From Ophelia neglecta (lineage: Eukaryota), in contig OZ260664.1 of NCBI GenBank assembly GCA_965285935.1, positions 41,726,001-41,790,000 of the forward strand: 64,000 nucleotides of DNA, given 5' to 3'. A model generated the notes under the pieces. That model was given only the letters and a program-made list of their open reading frames with translations, did no database searches and was not told the DNA's origin. The position numbers and the translations under genes were made by a program. Within the stretch, counting starts at the first letter, position 1, and each line of letters begins with the position of its first letter. Shown one piece after another: positions 39,401 to 50,283 of this stretch.

Positions 39401-40744
39401 AAAGTTTGCTCGACATTAGTTGATATTTTTGGTCTTTTGCCGCCGACATATACCTGGAGGCAGTAACTATTACTTAAGGTTAAAGTTCAGACGCACTGAA
39501 AGTGAAATGCCTTACTCTATTCACTGACATCTTATTCGCATTCATCCCGCCTCTATAATTAACTAGATTTTGACTGGTACCTTAAAGAAATCATCTACCG
39601 ATTCAGTGAGCACCAATTCACTCGATCCCGAGGTAAATAGACCTGCAGGTGGAGCGATTGCTCCGCTGAAACCCAGTACGTGTGCAACAGGCAAATGTCA
39701 TCCTCACGATAGCAATCTAAAAAAGAGAGACTTGCGGCCTTGTGTGACGGAAAACAAACTTATGATGAGCTGATGTGATAGTTTTGAGGTAGTGTAATTG
39801 CCTCTTCTTTTTAAAAGCTTGTGCCCGGGCGTGAGAAAGTAACCGGGGTCGCTCGACCCCCGTCAGATGTGAACATACAGGAAACTCACCAGAATAATAC
39901 TTGGTGACTTAATTTATCAGCGATTTCCGCCGTTGATGTCAATACTACAACCTACGTTATAATGAATATCCACATCCAATTTCGCTTTCAATCGTCTGCA
40001 GCACCTGTTTTTTCGAAGCTGGTATACTTCCTTTTATTTGACTATCATCTTCTGTTGTCTCTCCCGCCATTAGGAGGTACCCTGGCTAGCCATACAATGT
40101 ATCTTTCAGTTTAGCTGTATACAGCATTCTAAGCAGACGACGCCCCATCCTGATAAACTTGCTTCATCAGCGGATATTCATTATTAAGTTGTAAATTAAA
40201 GTTGAAAATAACAAAATTGCGTCTCCAATAGCTCAGTAAATAAGTTTTGTTGGATGAGTATCACTATTGGAGTCGCGCCATTTTCATTTATCATCTTACA
40301 ATAGTCTATATACCTCAATGCCAGCAGACGATACAGGTGCACCTGTTTGGGAAATGGTAGAAAGTCATCAATAGTATCATAGGCAGCACACTTTCTAATG
40401 AGTCATGCTTTGAAATAGACATCCATGAGAAATATAACATCTATTATGTTCACATGTTTTTCATGACAAATATCATTATGGAATACATCGTGAAGCATCT
40501 ACATGATATATTTCAAGTTTCTGCACTGGCGGATATAGATTGTAGAGTGGGGGCCCGGGTGGGGTGGAGTTGGCATGGGGCTGGTTATTCGTTTTTATTT
40601 CCACAAGTTGATCAAGAGAGCGTCTTAAGGAAATGAGTGGTTTAGTTTAGCCTCTCCCACCCCCACCCCCCCTACCACTCTCAGAGCAGGGGTATCTGAA
40701 GACCAATTGATAAGCGAATGTTGATCTTCCGTTTACGGCAGTAC

Positions 40745-42508
40745 TTCAGGAAAGCCGCTCAGAAGAGCTTCCGGTAGGCCACTTGGCAGTACTTCCGGTA
40801 AGCGACTGAGCAGCGCTCCCAGTAAGCATCTGAGCAATACTTCTGGAAAGCCACTGAGCACTGGGTCCGGGTAAGCCACTGACCAGTGCTTCTCCCACTA
40901 AGCAGTGCTTCTTCCACTGAGCAGTGCCTCTACCACTGAGCAGTGCTTCTACCACTGAGCAGTGCTTCTAACATTGAGCAGTGCTTCTACCATTAAGCTG
41001 TGCTTCTACCACTGGACAGTGCTTCTGCTTCTACCACTGAGCAGTGCTTCTACCACTGAGCAGTGCTTCTACCACTGAGCAGTGCTTCTACCACTGGACA
41101 GTGCTTCTGCTTCTACCACTGAGCAGTGCTTCTACCACTGAGCAGTGCTTCTACCACTGGGCAGTGCTTCTACCACTGAGCAGTGCTTCTACCACTGAGC
41201 AGTGCTTGGTAGTGCTTCTACCACTGGGCAGTGCTTCTACCACTGGGCAGTGCTTCTACCACTGAGCAGTGCTTGGTAGTGCTTCTACGACTGAGCAGTG
41301 CTTCTACCACTGGGCAGTGCTTCTACCACCTACGACTGAGCAGTGCTTCTTCCACTGAGCAGTGCTTCTCCCACTAAGCAGTGCTTCTTCCACTGAGCAG
41401 TGCCTCTACCACTGAGCAGTGCTTCTACCACTGAGCAGTGCTTCTAACATTGAGCAGTGCTTCTACCATTAAGCTGTGCTTCTACCACTGGACAGTGCTT
41501 CTGCTTCTACCACTGAGCAGTGCTTCTACCACTGAGCAGTGCTTCTACCACTGGGAGTCTCCGTGGTCCAGTGGTAGCGTGCTGGACCTCCGACCTCCAA
41601 GGTCTGAGTTCGAACCCAGCTTGAGAGGGCTGTTTTCAACCTAACCTTGTGTCGGGGGAGTGATTCATCAGACCTTCGCCTCATCTTTCCAAGAGACTCC
41701 CTGTCCCGATATGACCTCTCCAGTGTTGAAAGGGACGTTAAAACCCATACATTTAACATTCTACCACTGGGCAGTGCTTCTACCACTGAGCAGTGCTTCT
41801 ACCACTGAGCAGTGCTTGGTAGTGCTTTTACCACTGGGCAGTGCTTCTACCACTGGGCAGTGCTTCTACCACTGGGCAGTGCTTCTACCACTGAGCAGTG
41901 CTTCCGGTAAGTCCCTGTACAGTGCTTCTGGTAAACCACTAAGCGATCCTCCTGGTCAACCGCTGATCACTGATTATTTTAAGCCAATGGTAGGCAACTC
42001 GGTAAGCAACTGGGCAGTGCTTCCGATAAGCCATTGAGCAGTTTTTTCCGGTGAGCCCCTGGGCAGTGCTTCCGATAAGCCACTGAGCAGTTTATTTCCG
42101 GTGAGCCACTGGGCAGTGCTTCCGATAAGCCACTGAGCAGTTTTTTCCGGTGAGCCACTGGGCAGTGCTTCCGATAAGCCACTGAGCAGTTTTTTCCGGT
42201 GAGCCACTGGGCAGTGCTTCCGATAAACCACTGAGCAGTTTTTTCCGGTGAGCCACTGGGCAGTGCTTCCGATAAGACACTAAGCAGTTTTTTTCCGGTG
42301 AGCCCCTGGGCAGTGCTTCCGATAAGCCACTTAGCAGTTTTTTCCGGTGAGCCACTGGGCAGCCCTTCCGATAAGCCGCTAAGCAGTTTTTTCCGGTGAG
42401 CCACTGGGCAGCCCTTCCGATAAGCCACTAAGCAGTTTTTTCCGGTGAGCCACTGGGCAGTGCTTCCGATAAGCCACTAAGCCGTTTTTTTCCGGTGAGC
42501 AACTGAAT
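40745..42508. repeat. Composite minisatellite: degenerate 24-bp units, central 19-bp units (ACCACTGAGCAGTGCTTCT) and 49/50-bp dimeric units, interrupted by a SINE
   Basis: 19-bp tandem units at about 40884-41553 and 41761-41903; 49/50-bp units GAGCCACTGGGCAGTGCTTCCGATAAGCCACTGAGCAGTTTTTTCCGGT at about 42000-42508 (about 10 copies); all share the CACTGNGCAGT core. Confidence 0.97.
41553..41760 (+). mobile_element. Full-length tRNA-derived SINE with target-site duplication
   Basis: Pol III A-box TGGTCCAGTGG (41564-41574), B-box GTTCGAACC (41608-41616), 3' tail ...GATATGACC...GTTGAAAGGGACGTTAAAACCC followed by (CATT)-like repeats; flanking direct repeat TTCTACCACTGGG at 41543-41555 and 41759-41771. 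Confidence 0.88.
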
Positions 42509-45500
42509 AGTTTTTAATATGCATTTAAATCATCTCAATAAATCCCATACTGAAAATCTAGTTGAAAAATGAATTTGACATAAAATGTTGACTACGAATC
42601 GCTACAGGCTAAAACGCGCCTTCAACCCGAAGATGGCAGCTAACATCAGCAGTTGAAAACCAATAAGAATAAAAATTAAAAACCTATAAAAACATTTAGC
42701 AACAAAACATATTTAAATACACTTGTGGGGGTCACGGAACATCAGCATGACTGTCACCTCGCCTAGGGCAGCTCTACCAAATCTTGTGACTAGTTCTCAG
42801 AACGATTTTATGGACTTGTGATTATACTGATTTCATCTTTTTCACATGATCACATTCATGTGATAATTCGGCAAAACAAAACGAGGAAACCAAATTTCCC
42901 ATAGCAACATCAAATCGGCATTTAGCGTAGTAATAATAATTGCACTTTATTTTAGCTACTTCTTGTCCTCGCGCTTGTTTTCCATTATCTCTGATGTCCA
43001 ACTTTGATTAACTGCTCGCCACCCTTCTAAGACAAGTCAATTTTCCCGTGGGAAATTCTTTCACTAATAACTTATATTTATAAACCTTATGTGCATTGTT
43101 AAATTGCTAACAATTTGTGGTCAGATACTCGTCAAGGTGCTTTAGAAAGCTGGCTCGTCGCTTAATAACTAACTCCAACAGTGGATGACAAGTCATCAAT
43201 TGGCTGATAGAGCATCATCGCCTTGTATATAGTGCTGCTCTATTGCAGCAACTAGCACGACATCCGGCCATTAACGGGCCAAGGTGATCGAAAGCAAACG
43301 GTGTTTGTGACACATGGACTATGCCATCTTTTCATGGCCATGTCACGGTTAACCAGCTACCACACATACGTCTTTATATGTAGTAGGATGGGGTTTATGG
43401 GCAGGAGAAAGTTGAAACCCTCCATCATCCGCAACGCGATCGCCCCCGATAAAAATTCACTTAAAAACAACAATTCTAACGCCAATTTGTGGTTACAGGT
43501 TGGATTGTTCAACCACCTTCATGTTTCTTTCTATAGTAAAGGGGGTCAAATAACGTTAGTACACTATATTGTGTGATGAATCCCCGCCTTTAAAAGAACA
43601 AATTATGCACAGTCCAATTAGGACTATATATCTAGGACCTTCCGACAATGCAGCCCTATGACAAGCGCCGTAACCAGCTAACAAAGATGAGAACGCGAGG
43701 ATGTTTATTGCCAAGAGAGGAAGTATCTCTTTTCATATCACGAAATTGCACAAGATAATGAGTTTCGCTTCTATACCGTCTGATGCTACCTGTCAAACTT
43801 TTATTCTTATAAGTATCAATTAAATGAGGGGAGCTGGCCTGGGATTCTGCTTGTCTGTCGTACCTTTATACCGTGCATCCTGCTTGCTGACACCCACGAC
43901 TTTCACCTCGCCTGGCGACGCTTTCCTTTCCCACACTTATCAGGTTCAGATCAAGACAGATACAGTCGGCAGGTAGTTACACCCCTCTCATGACTTGTAC
44001 ATACAACACACGAGCAATCAACATAGAGTTTTACCTCAATTGAGTCTCTTCTTCCCGAAGGTCGTGGGAGACCAGTCGCGAAAGCGACGCAACGGAGGGG
44101 AATAAAAACACGAGTCCCATAGTGATAAATAATGTTTTCTTCGTGTTATTTTTTGGTGTTACTTGTTAATTTTACTTAAATTAATCTTCGGCTAGGTCTC
44201 CATTGTGCAAGAAATCTGTGAAACATGAACCATTTTTCGCCGCAAGTGCCTTTAAGTTATGAATATTGCTCAGATGTTACTGTTTTGCTTTTTCCATTCT
44301 TCAATTTTATGCATTTAGAGAAAAGTTTCCCAGTAAAAACTCTGATGACGGTGGAAGGTTCTGGATGACAAACAAACGTGCCAGTAAAGTGTAGAAAGTG
44401 GGCAAAACTTGATAATACTATGTTTTAATAGTGTACGTGCCTTGCTCCGTAGGGCTATAGGTTAACAATCCGCAATTACAGGTAGACTTCCGCTGTACAT
44501 GGTTTAAACTAGGAACCAAGTCGGAGATTGACTTTCACTAGCTATTACCAACAATCGGCTTCGCAAAAGGCACAATTTAAGGTCGGTTGTATATTCTATT
44601 AACGTTTTCAATAAGACAGGAATGTGAAAAAAAGGTTGTAGGGAACTGTGCCTCTCCTAGTGGCGGTTGTCCAGCAATTATTAAAGAAAATGTTAGTTTA
44701 AGACTTGACAATTTATATAGAGAACCATATAGATACTGTCAGACAGATATCCCTGGCGGTTGGGCTGAGTGGTCTATCAAATATTTTTGGTTTTGATTAG
44801 GACGAGTTTACAACAGAGGTTGCATCGTTGTGTAAAGACCACCGCACATATGCATACAAACCTGCATTATGTCCCTCGTACTTATTTTTGACGATTCAGA
44901 TTTATTGTGCGTAAATGATTACACTTATTTCTCTAACCTACACCCACAAGTAAAAATAAACACCGATAATCCTCAGGCACCAAAAACAGACTGTATAATA
45001 ATGACAATAATAACTTGAAATAAACCTAGGTATGTGGCTGCCTTTAGTAACTTTTTCTTTTTCTTTTTCTCTTTCTTTTTCTTTAACTTATTAATGTATC
45101 AAAAAAAAAGTAGAACTTGGCTGTGACTACGAAAAAATATTTATTTACACATGTAGAAAACTATTTGGTGGCCTTTTCGCTAACGGTTTTTATAAAAACC
45201 TTAGAGGAGGTCAGCCATATCAGGTTGCTGTACACTTCAATCAAGAATCAGTGCTCGCCCTGTCGGAGGGTGGAGCTGTATGCTCTGCCGGCCGGCAGGT
45301 CGGGTGCTGGGCCCGTTCATTCTGTATTGCTGGACTGCTAAGTATTTGTAACAGTCTTATGAATTACCATATTAAAATGCGAATGTATGTATGCTTACTA
45401 TATAAGCTGCTTATATGGATATCATATTGATATGCGCTTGTATATATTTTATGTTTATCTATAGTATTTAGTGTGTGTGTTATGCTTGCAGCCCCGTAAT

Positions 45501-47054
45501 AATTGTTCTCCAGAAATTTGTGTGTATAGCTTCAGTTGGTTAAATAAATTGCTCTCTACTCTCAAAGAATCTTACCAAACATTTAAAATTTTGGTTTGTA
45601 ATTTATTTCGCAGTAGAGTTAATTTATTTTTACTGTAGTTGACTATACGAATTGATATCGTCTAATATTATAGGCAAATAGGTACGCCATTAAACTTTAG
45701 TCAAATTTGAAATTGTTTACTCTTGTACATGGAGAATAAATAAAACGGGTTACCGTGTTATATAATGATGTGGACAATATTAACAACGCTTTCTAGTCTT
45801 TTGGGAACTTAATTTATCAACAAGACGTAACCGCGGTAATTAACTGTCAGAATCTGGCGGGCGCTAGTGTGAAACCGTCCAAGTTCGCACAACCCCTGGG
45901 CGACCTAACAAGGATTTCCCTCTTATCTGTGCCAAATGTGTTTCTTTTACATCATTTGTTAATGTATTTAAGGGTAATTAATAAAACAAAAGTACTAGGC
46001 CCTCTATCTTATGAACAAAAACGATCACTAGAAAATTGTGATGTACAAATTCGCGATAAACGACTGAAGTTAGCCACTCATTTTGGGTGTAACTTCGGGT
46101 AAGTTCGAGCACCCGTCCTTGTCAGTTCCGCTTTTCGTCCTTGTACGTTCGCGCACCATTAAAACTTCATTTTAAAACAACTACTAGGCTTAGGAAACTA
46201 AATAATAACTGAACTGAGCTAGCAATTAATTAATATCACTTCTTTAATTAAGCTATAATTAACGTAAAAATAGTCTTAGTTAGTTCGCGCGATCACCATG
46301 TTAGTTCACGCAACAGAACAGTGTCAGTTCACACACAATCAAAACAACTATATTTGAATCAAAGTCGTGTTTTGGGTGTGAGTTACTTTATAAATCACTT
46401 TTCACACGTGTTTAAGACGACAGATAATTCGTGGCGTTTGGGATCGACGAGGCGGAGAATCCAAGTGTACATCGTTATAAAGTTAACGACAAAAGTAACA
46501 GGTATCACGTCATATTCATTTTCTTATTAATTACAAATGTGGACTGCATGTTTGATTTTTATCAAGAATTGACCTCAGACTTCTCCTTAAACACAAATTA
46601 ACATGTAAGCAATGTTGTACCCATTTCTAATGCCCGAACACGATAAAATGATTAACTAACCAATAATTCGAAATCACATAGACCTACCTAGCGGGAACTA
46701 ACTCTTACTAGTATGTGAACTCATACGGATCAACCTTAGGCCTATGGGCCTCTAAGGAAAGTTATGTTTGAGGAACTCATCCACCAGTGCCGACGTCATG
46801 GCCCTTCCAACGACGACACGCAGCAAAAACGAGGCTCGATCTAGGGATTGAAGAGAACTTGGCCTCACTGGAATATAAGACATCTTTGCGGTTTAAATCA
46901 TGTCGTCATTTTTTGATGGGCCTAGGCACACAGCATATTGTCGTACCGTTCATAGAGGGACATGTGGTTTAAATTCTTGCTGCCACGCTATTGTTTGGGG
47001 TTTCGTAAGTCCAATTGAACACAAACCGAACATCGCCTACAACTGCTTTGCTCA

Positions 47055-50000
47055 CAGCTCCGAGGTGAGTATACAAATGGGCACAGCTCCCAGGCGGGCA
47101 CCACTCGTAGATGAGTAGACGAGTGGCCGTCACCTCTAGACGAATGGGTACAGCTCCTAGAATCGGTGCCATAGCTCATAGTGGGCATAGCTCTGAGATG
47201 AATGGGCACAGCTCTTAGACGAGTAGACGTGTGGGAACATTTCCTAGACGAGTGGGCAAAGCTCCTAGACGAGTAGGCACAGCTCCTAGACGAGTAGACG
47301 AGTGGACACAGCTCCTAGACGAGCAGATGAGAGGGCATAGCTCTTAGGTGAGTGGACACAGCCCTTAGACGAGTGGACGAGCGGACACATTCCCTAGACG
47401 AGTGGGCACTGCTCCTGCAATTACGAGTAAACGAGTGGGTACCGCTCCTAGACGAGGGGGCACAAGAGGGGAGGACAAGTGAGCACAGCTCCTAGATGAA
47501 TTGGCACAGCTCCTAGCAGAGTAGACGTGTGGACACATTTCCTAGACGAGTGGGCACAGCTCCTAGACGAGTAGATGAGAGGGCACGGCTCTTAGGTGAG
47601 TTGGCACAGCTCCTGGCCGAGTAGACGTGTGGACACATTTCCTAGACGAATGGGCACAGCTCCTAGACGAGTGGACGAGTGGTCACAGCTCCTAGACGAG
47701 GGCCTCCTAGACAAGGGGCACACCTCCTAGACAAGGGGCACGCCTCCTAGACGAGGGGCACACCTCCAAGACGAGGGGCACACCTCCTAGACAAGGGGCA
47801 CACCTCCTAGACGGGGGGCACACCTCCTAGACGAGGGGCACGCCTCCTAGACAAGGGGCACACCTCCTACACGAGGGGCACACCTCCTAGACGAGGGGCA
47901 CACCTCCTAGACGAGGGGCACGCCTCCTAGACGAGGGGCACACCTCCTAGACGGGGGGCACACCTCCTAGACGAGGGGCACACCTCCTAGACGAGGGGCA
48001 CACCTAGACGAGGGGCACACCTCCTAGACGAGGGGCACAGCTCCAAGACAAGGGGCGCACCTCCTAGACGAGGGGCACACCTCCAAGACAAGGGGCACAC
48101 CTCCTAGACGGGGGGCACACCTCCTAGACGAGGGGCACACCTCCTAGACGAGGGCCTCCTAGACAAGGGGCACACCTCCTAGACAAGGGGCACACCTCCT
48201 AGACGAGGGGCACACCTCCTACACGAGGGGCACACCTCCTAGACAAGGGGCACACCTCCTAGACGAGGGGCACGCCTCCTAGACAAGGGGCACACCTCCT
48301 AGACAAGGGGCACACCTCCTAGACAAGGGGCACACCTCCAAGACGAGGGGCACACCTCCTAGACAAGGGGCACACCTCCTAGACAAGGGGCACGCCTCCT
48401 AGACGAGGGGCACACCTCCAAGACGAGGGGCACACCTCCTAGACAAGGGGCACACCTCCTAGACGGGGGGCACACCTCCTAGACGAGGGGCACACCTCCT
48501 AGACAAGGGGCACACCTCCTACACGAGGGGCACACCTCCTAGACGAGGGGCACACCTCCTAGACGAGGGGGCACACCTCCTAGACGAGGGGCACACCTCC
48601 TAGACAAGGGGCACACCTCCTAGACAAGGGGCACACCTCCTAGACGAGGGGCACACCTCCTAGACGAGGGGCACGCCTCCTAGACGAGGGGCACACCTCC
48701 TAGACGAGGGGCACACCTCCAAGACGAGGGGCACACCTCCTACACGAGGGGCACACCTCCTAGACGAGGGGCACACCTCCTAGACGAGGGGCACACCTCC
48801 AAGACGAGGGGCACAGCTCCTAGACGAGGGGCACAGCTCCTAGACGAGGGGCACACCTAGACGAGGGGCACACCTCCTAGACGAGGGGCACACCTCCTAG
48901 ACAAGGGGCACACCTCCTAGACGAGGGGCACAGCTCCTAGACGAGGGGCACACCTAGACGAGGGGCACACCTCCTAGACGAGGGGCACAGCTCCAAGACA
49001 AGGGGCACACCTCCTAGACGAGGGCACACCTCCAAGACAAGGGGCACACCTCATAGACGAGGGGCACGCCTCATAGACGAGGGGCACAGCTCCAAGACGA
49101 GGGGCACACCTCCTAGACGAGGGGCACATCTCCTAGACGAGGGGCACACCTCCTAGACGAGGGGCACACCTCCTAGACGAGGGGCACATCTCCTAGACGA
49201 GGGGCACACCTCCTAGACGAGGGGCACACCTCCTAGACGAGGGGCACACCTCCTAGACGAGGGGCACACCTCCTAGACGAGGGGCACACCTAGACGAGGG
49301 GCACACCTCCTAGACGAGGGGCACAGCTCCAAGACAAGGGGCACACCTCCTACACGAGGGGCACACCTCCTAGACGAGGGGCACACCTCCTAGACGAGGG
49401 GCACACCTCCAAGACAAGGGGCACACCTCCAAGACAAGGGGCACACCTCCTAGACGAGGGGCCCACCTCCTAGACGAGGGGCACAGCTCCTAGACGAGGG
49501 GCACACCTCCTAGACGAGGGGCACACCTCCTAGACGAGGGGCACACCTCCTAGACAAGGGGCACACCTCCTAGACGAGGGGCACGCCTCCTAGATGAAGG
49601 GCACATCTCCTAGACGAGGGGCACAGCTCCAAGACAAGGGGCACACCTCCTAGACGAGGGGCACACCTCCTAGACGAGGGGCACGCCTTCTAAACGAGGG
49701 GCACACCTCCTAGACGAGGGGCACGCCTCCTAGACGAGGGGCACATCTCCTAGACGAGGGGCACACCTCCTAGACGAGGGGCACACCTCCTAGACGAGGG
49801 GCACGCCTCCTAGACGAGGGGCACGCCTCCTAGACGAGGGGCACATCTCCTAGACGAGGGGCACACCTAGACGAGGGGCACACCTCCGAGACGAGGGGCA
49901 CAGCTCCAAGACGAGGGGCACACCTCCTACACGAGGGGCACACCTCCTAGACGAGGGGCACACCTCCTAGACGAGGGGCACACCTCCAAGACAAGGGGCA

Positions 50001-50283
50001 CACCTCATAGACGAGGGGCACGCCTCCTAGACGAGGGGCACATCTCCTAGACGAGGGACTCACCTCCTAGACGAGGGGCACAGCTCCTAGACGAGGGGCA
50101 CGCCTCCTAGACAAGGGGCACACCTCATAGACGAGGGGCACGCCTCCTAGACGAGGGGCACACCTCCTAGACAAGGGGCACACCTCCGAGACGAGACGAG
50201 GGGCACATCTCCTAGACGAGGGGCACAGGGGCACGCCTACTAGACGAGTAAACGTGTGGGCAGAGTTCCTCGACGAGTGGCCG
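47055..50283. repeat. 20-bp satellite (CACACCTCCTAGACGAGGGG)n, about 125 homogeneous copies with degenerate 21-bp flanks
   Basis: Homogeneous core about 47702-50222; diverged GAGTGGGCACAGCTCCTAGAC units at 47055-47700 and 50222-50283; CTAG places stop codons on both strands, so non-coding. Confidence 0.98.

Noticed and set aside
41556-41630. Possible tRNA gene
   Set aside because: A and B boxes are present, but there is no clean acceptor stem or poly-T terminator; it continues into a SINE body with tail and TSD.
41044-42428. ORFs of 68-149 aa over the minisatellite
   Set aside because: Translations of tandem repeats on both strands with no splice or domain support.
40745-42508. Palindromic repeats resembling a CRISPR array
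   Set aside because: No unique spacers, units are contiguous, no cas genes, and the context is eukaryotic with spliced genes.
45250-45565. Possible LINE 3' end (TG/TA-rich tract ending in AATAAA)
   Set aside because: No diagnostic tail, TSD or ORF remnant.
47702-50222. CTCF-site array or coding repeat
   Set aside because: Only a partial AGGGGCAC resemblance to the CTCF motif; CTAG gives stop codons on both strands.
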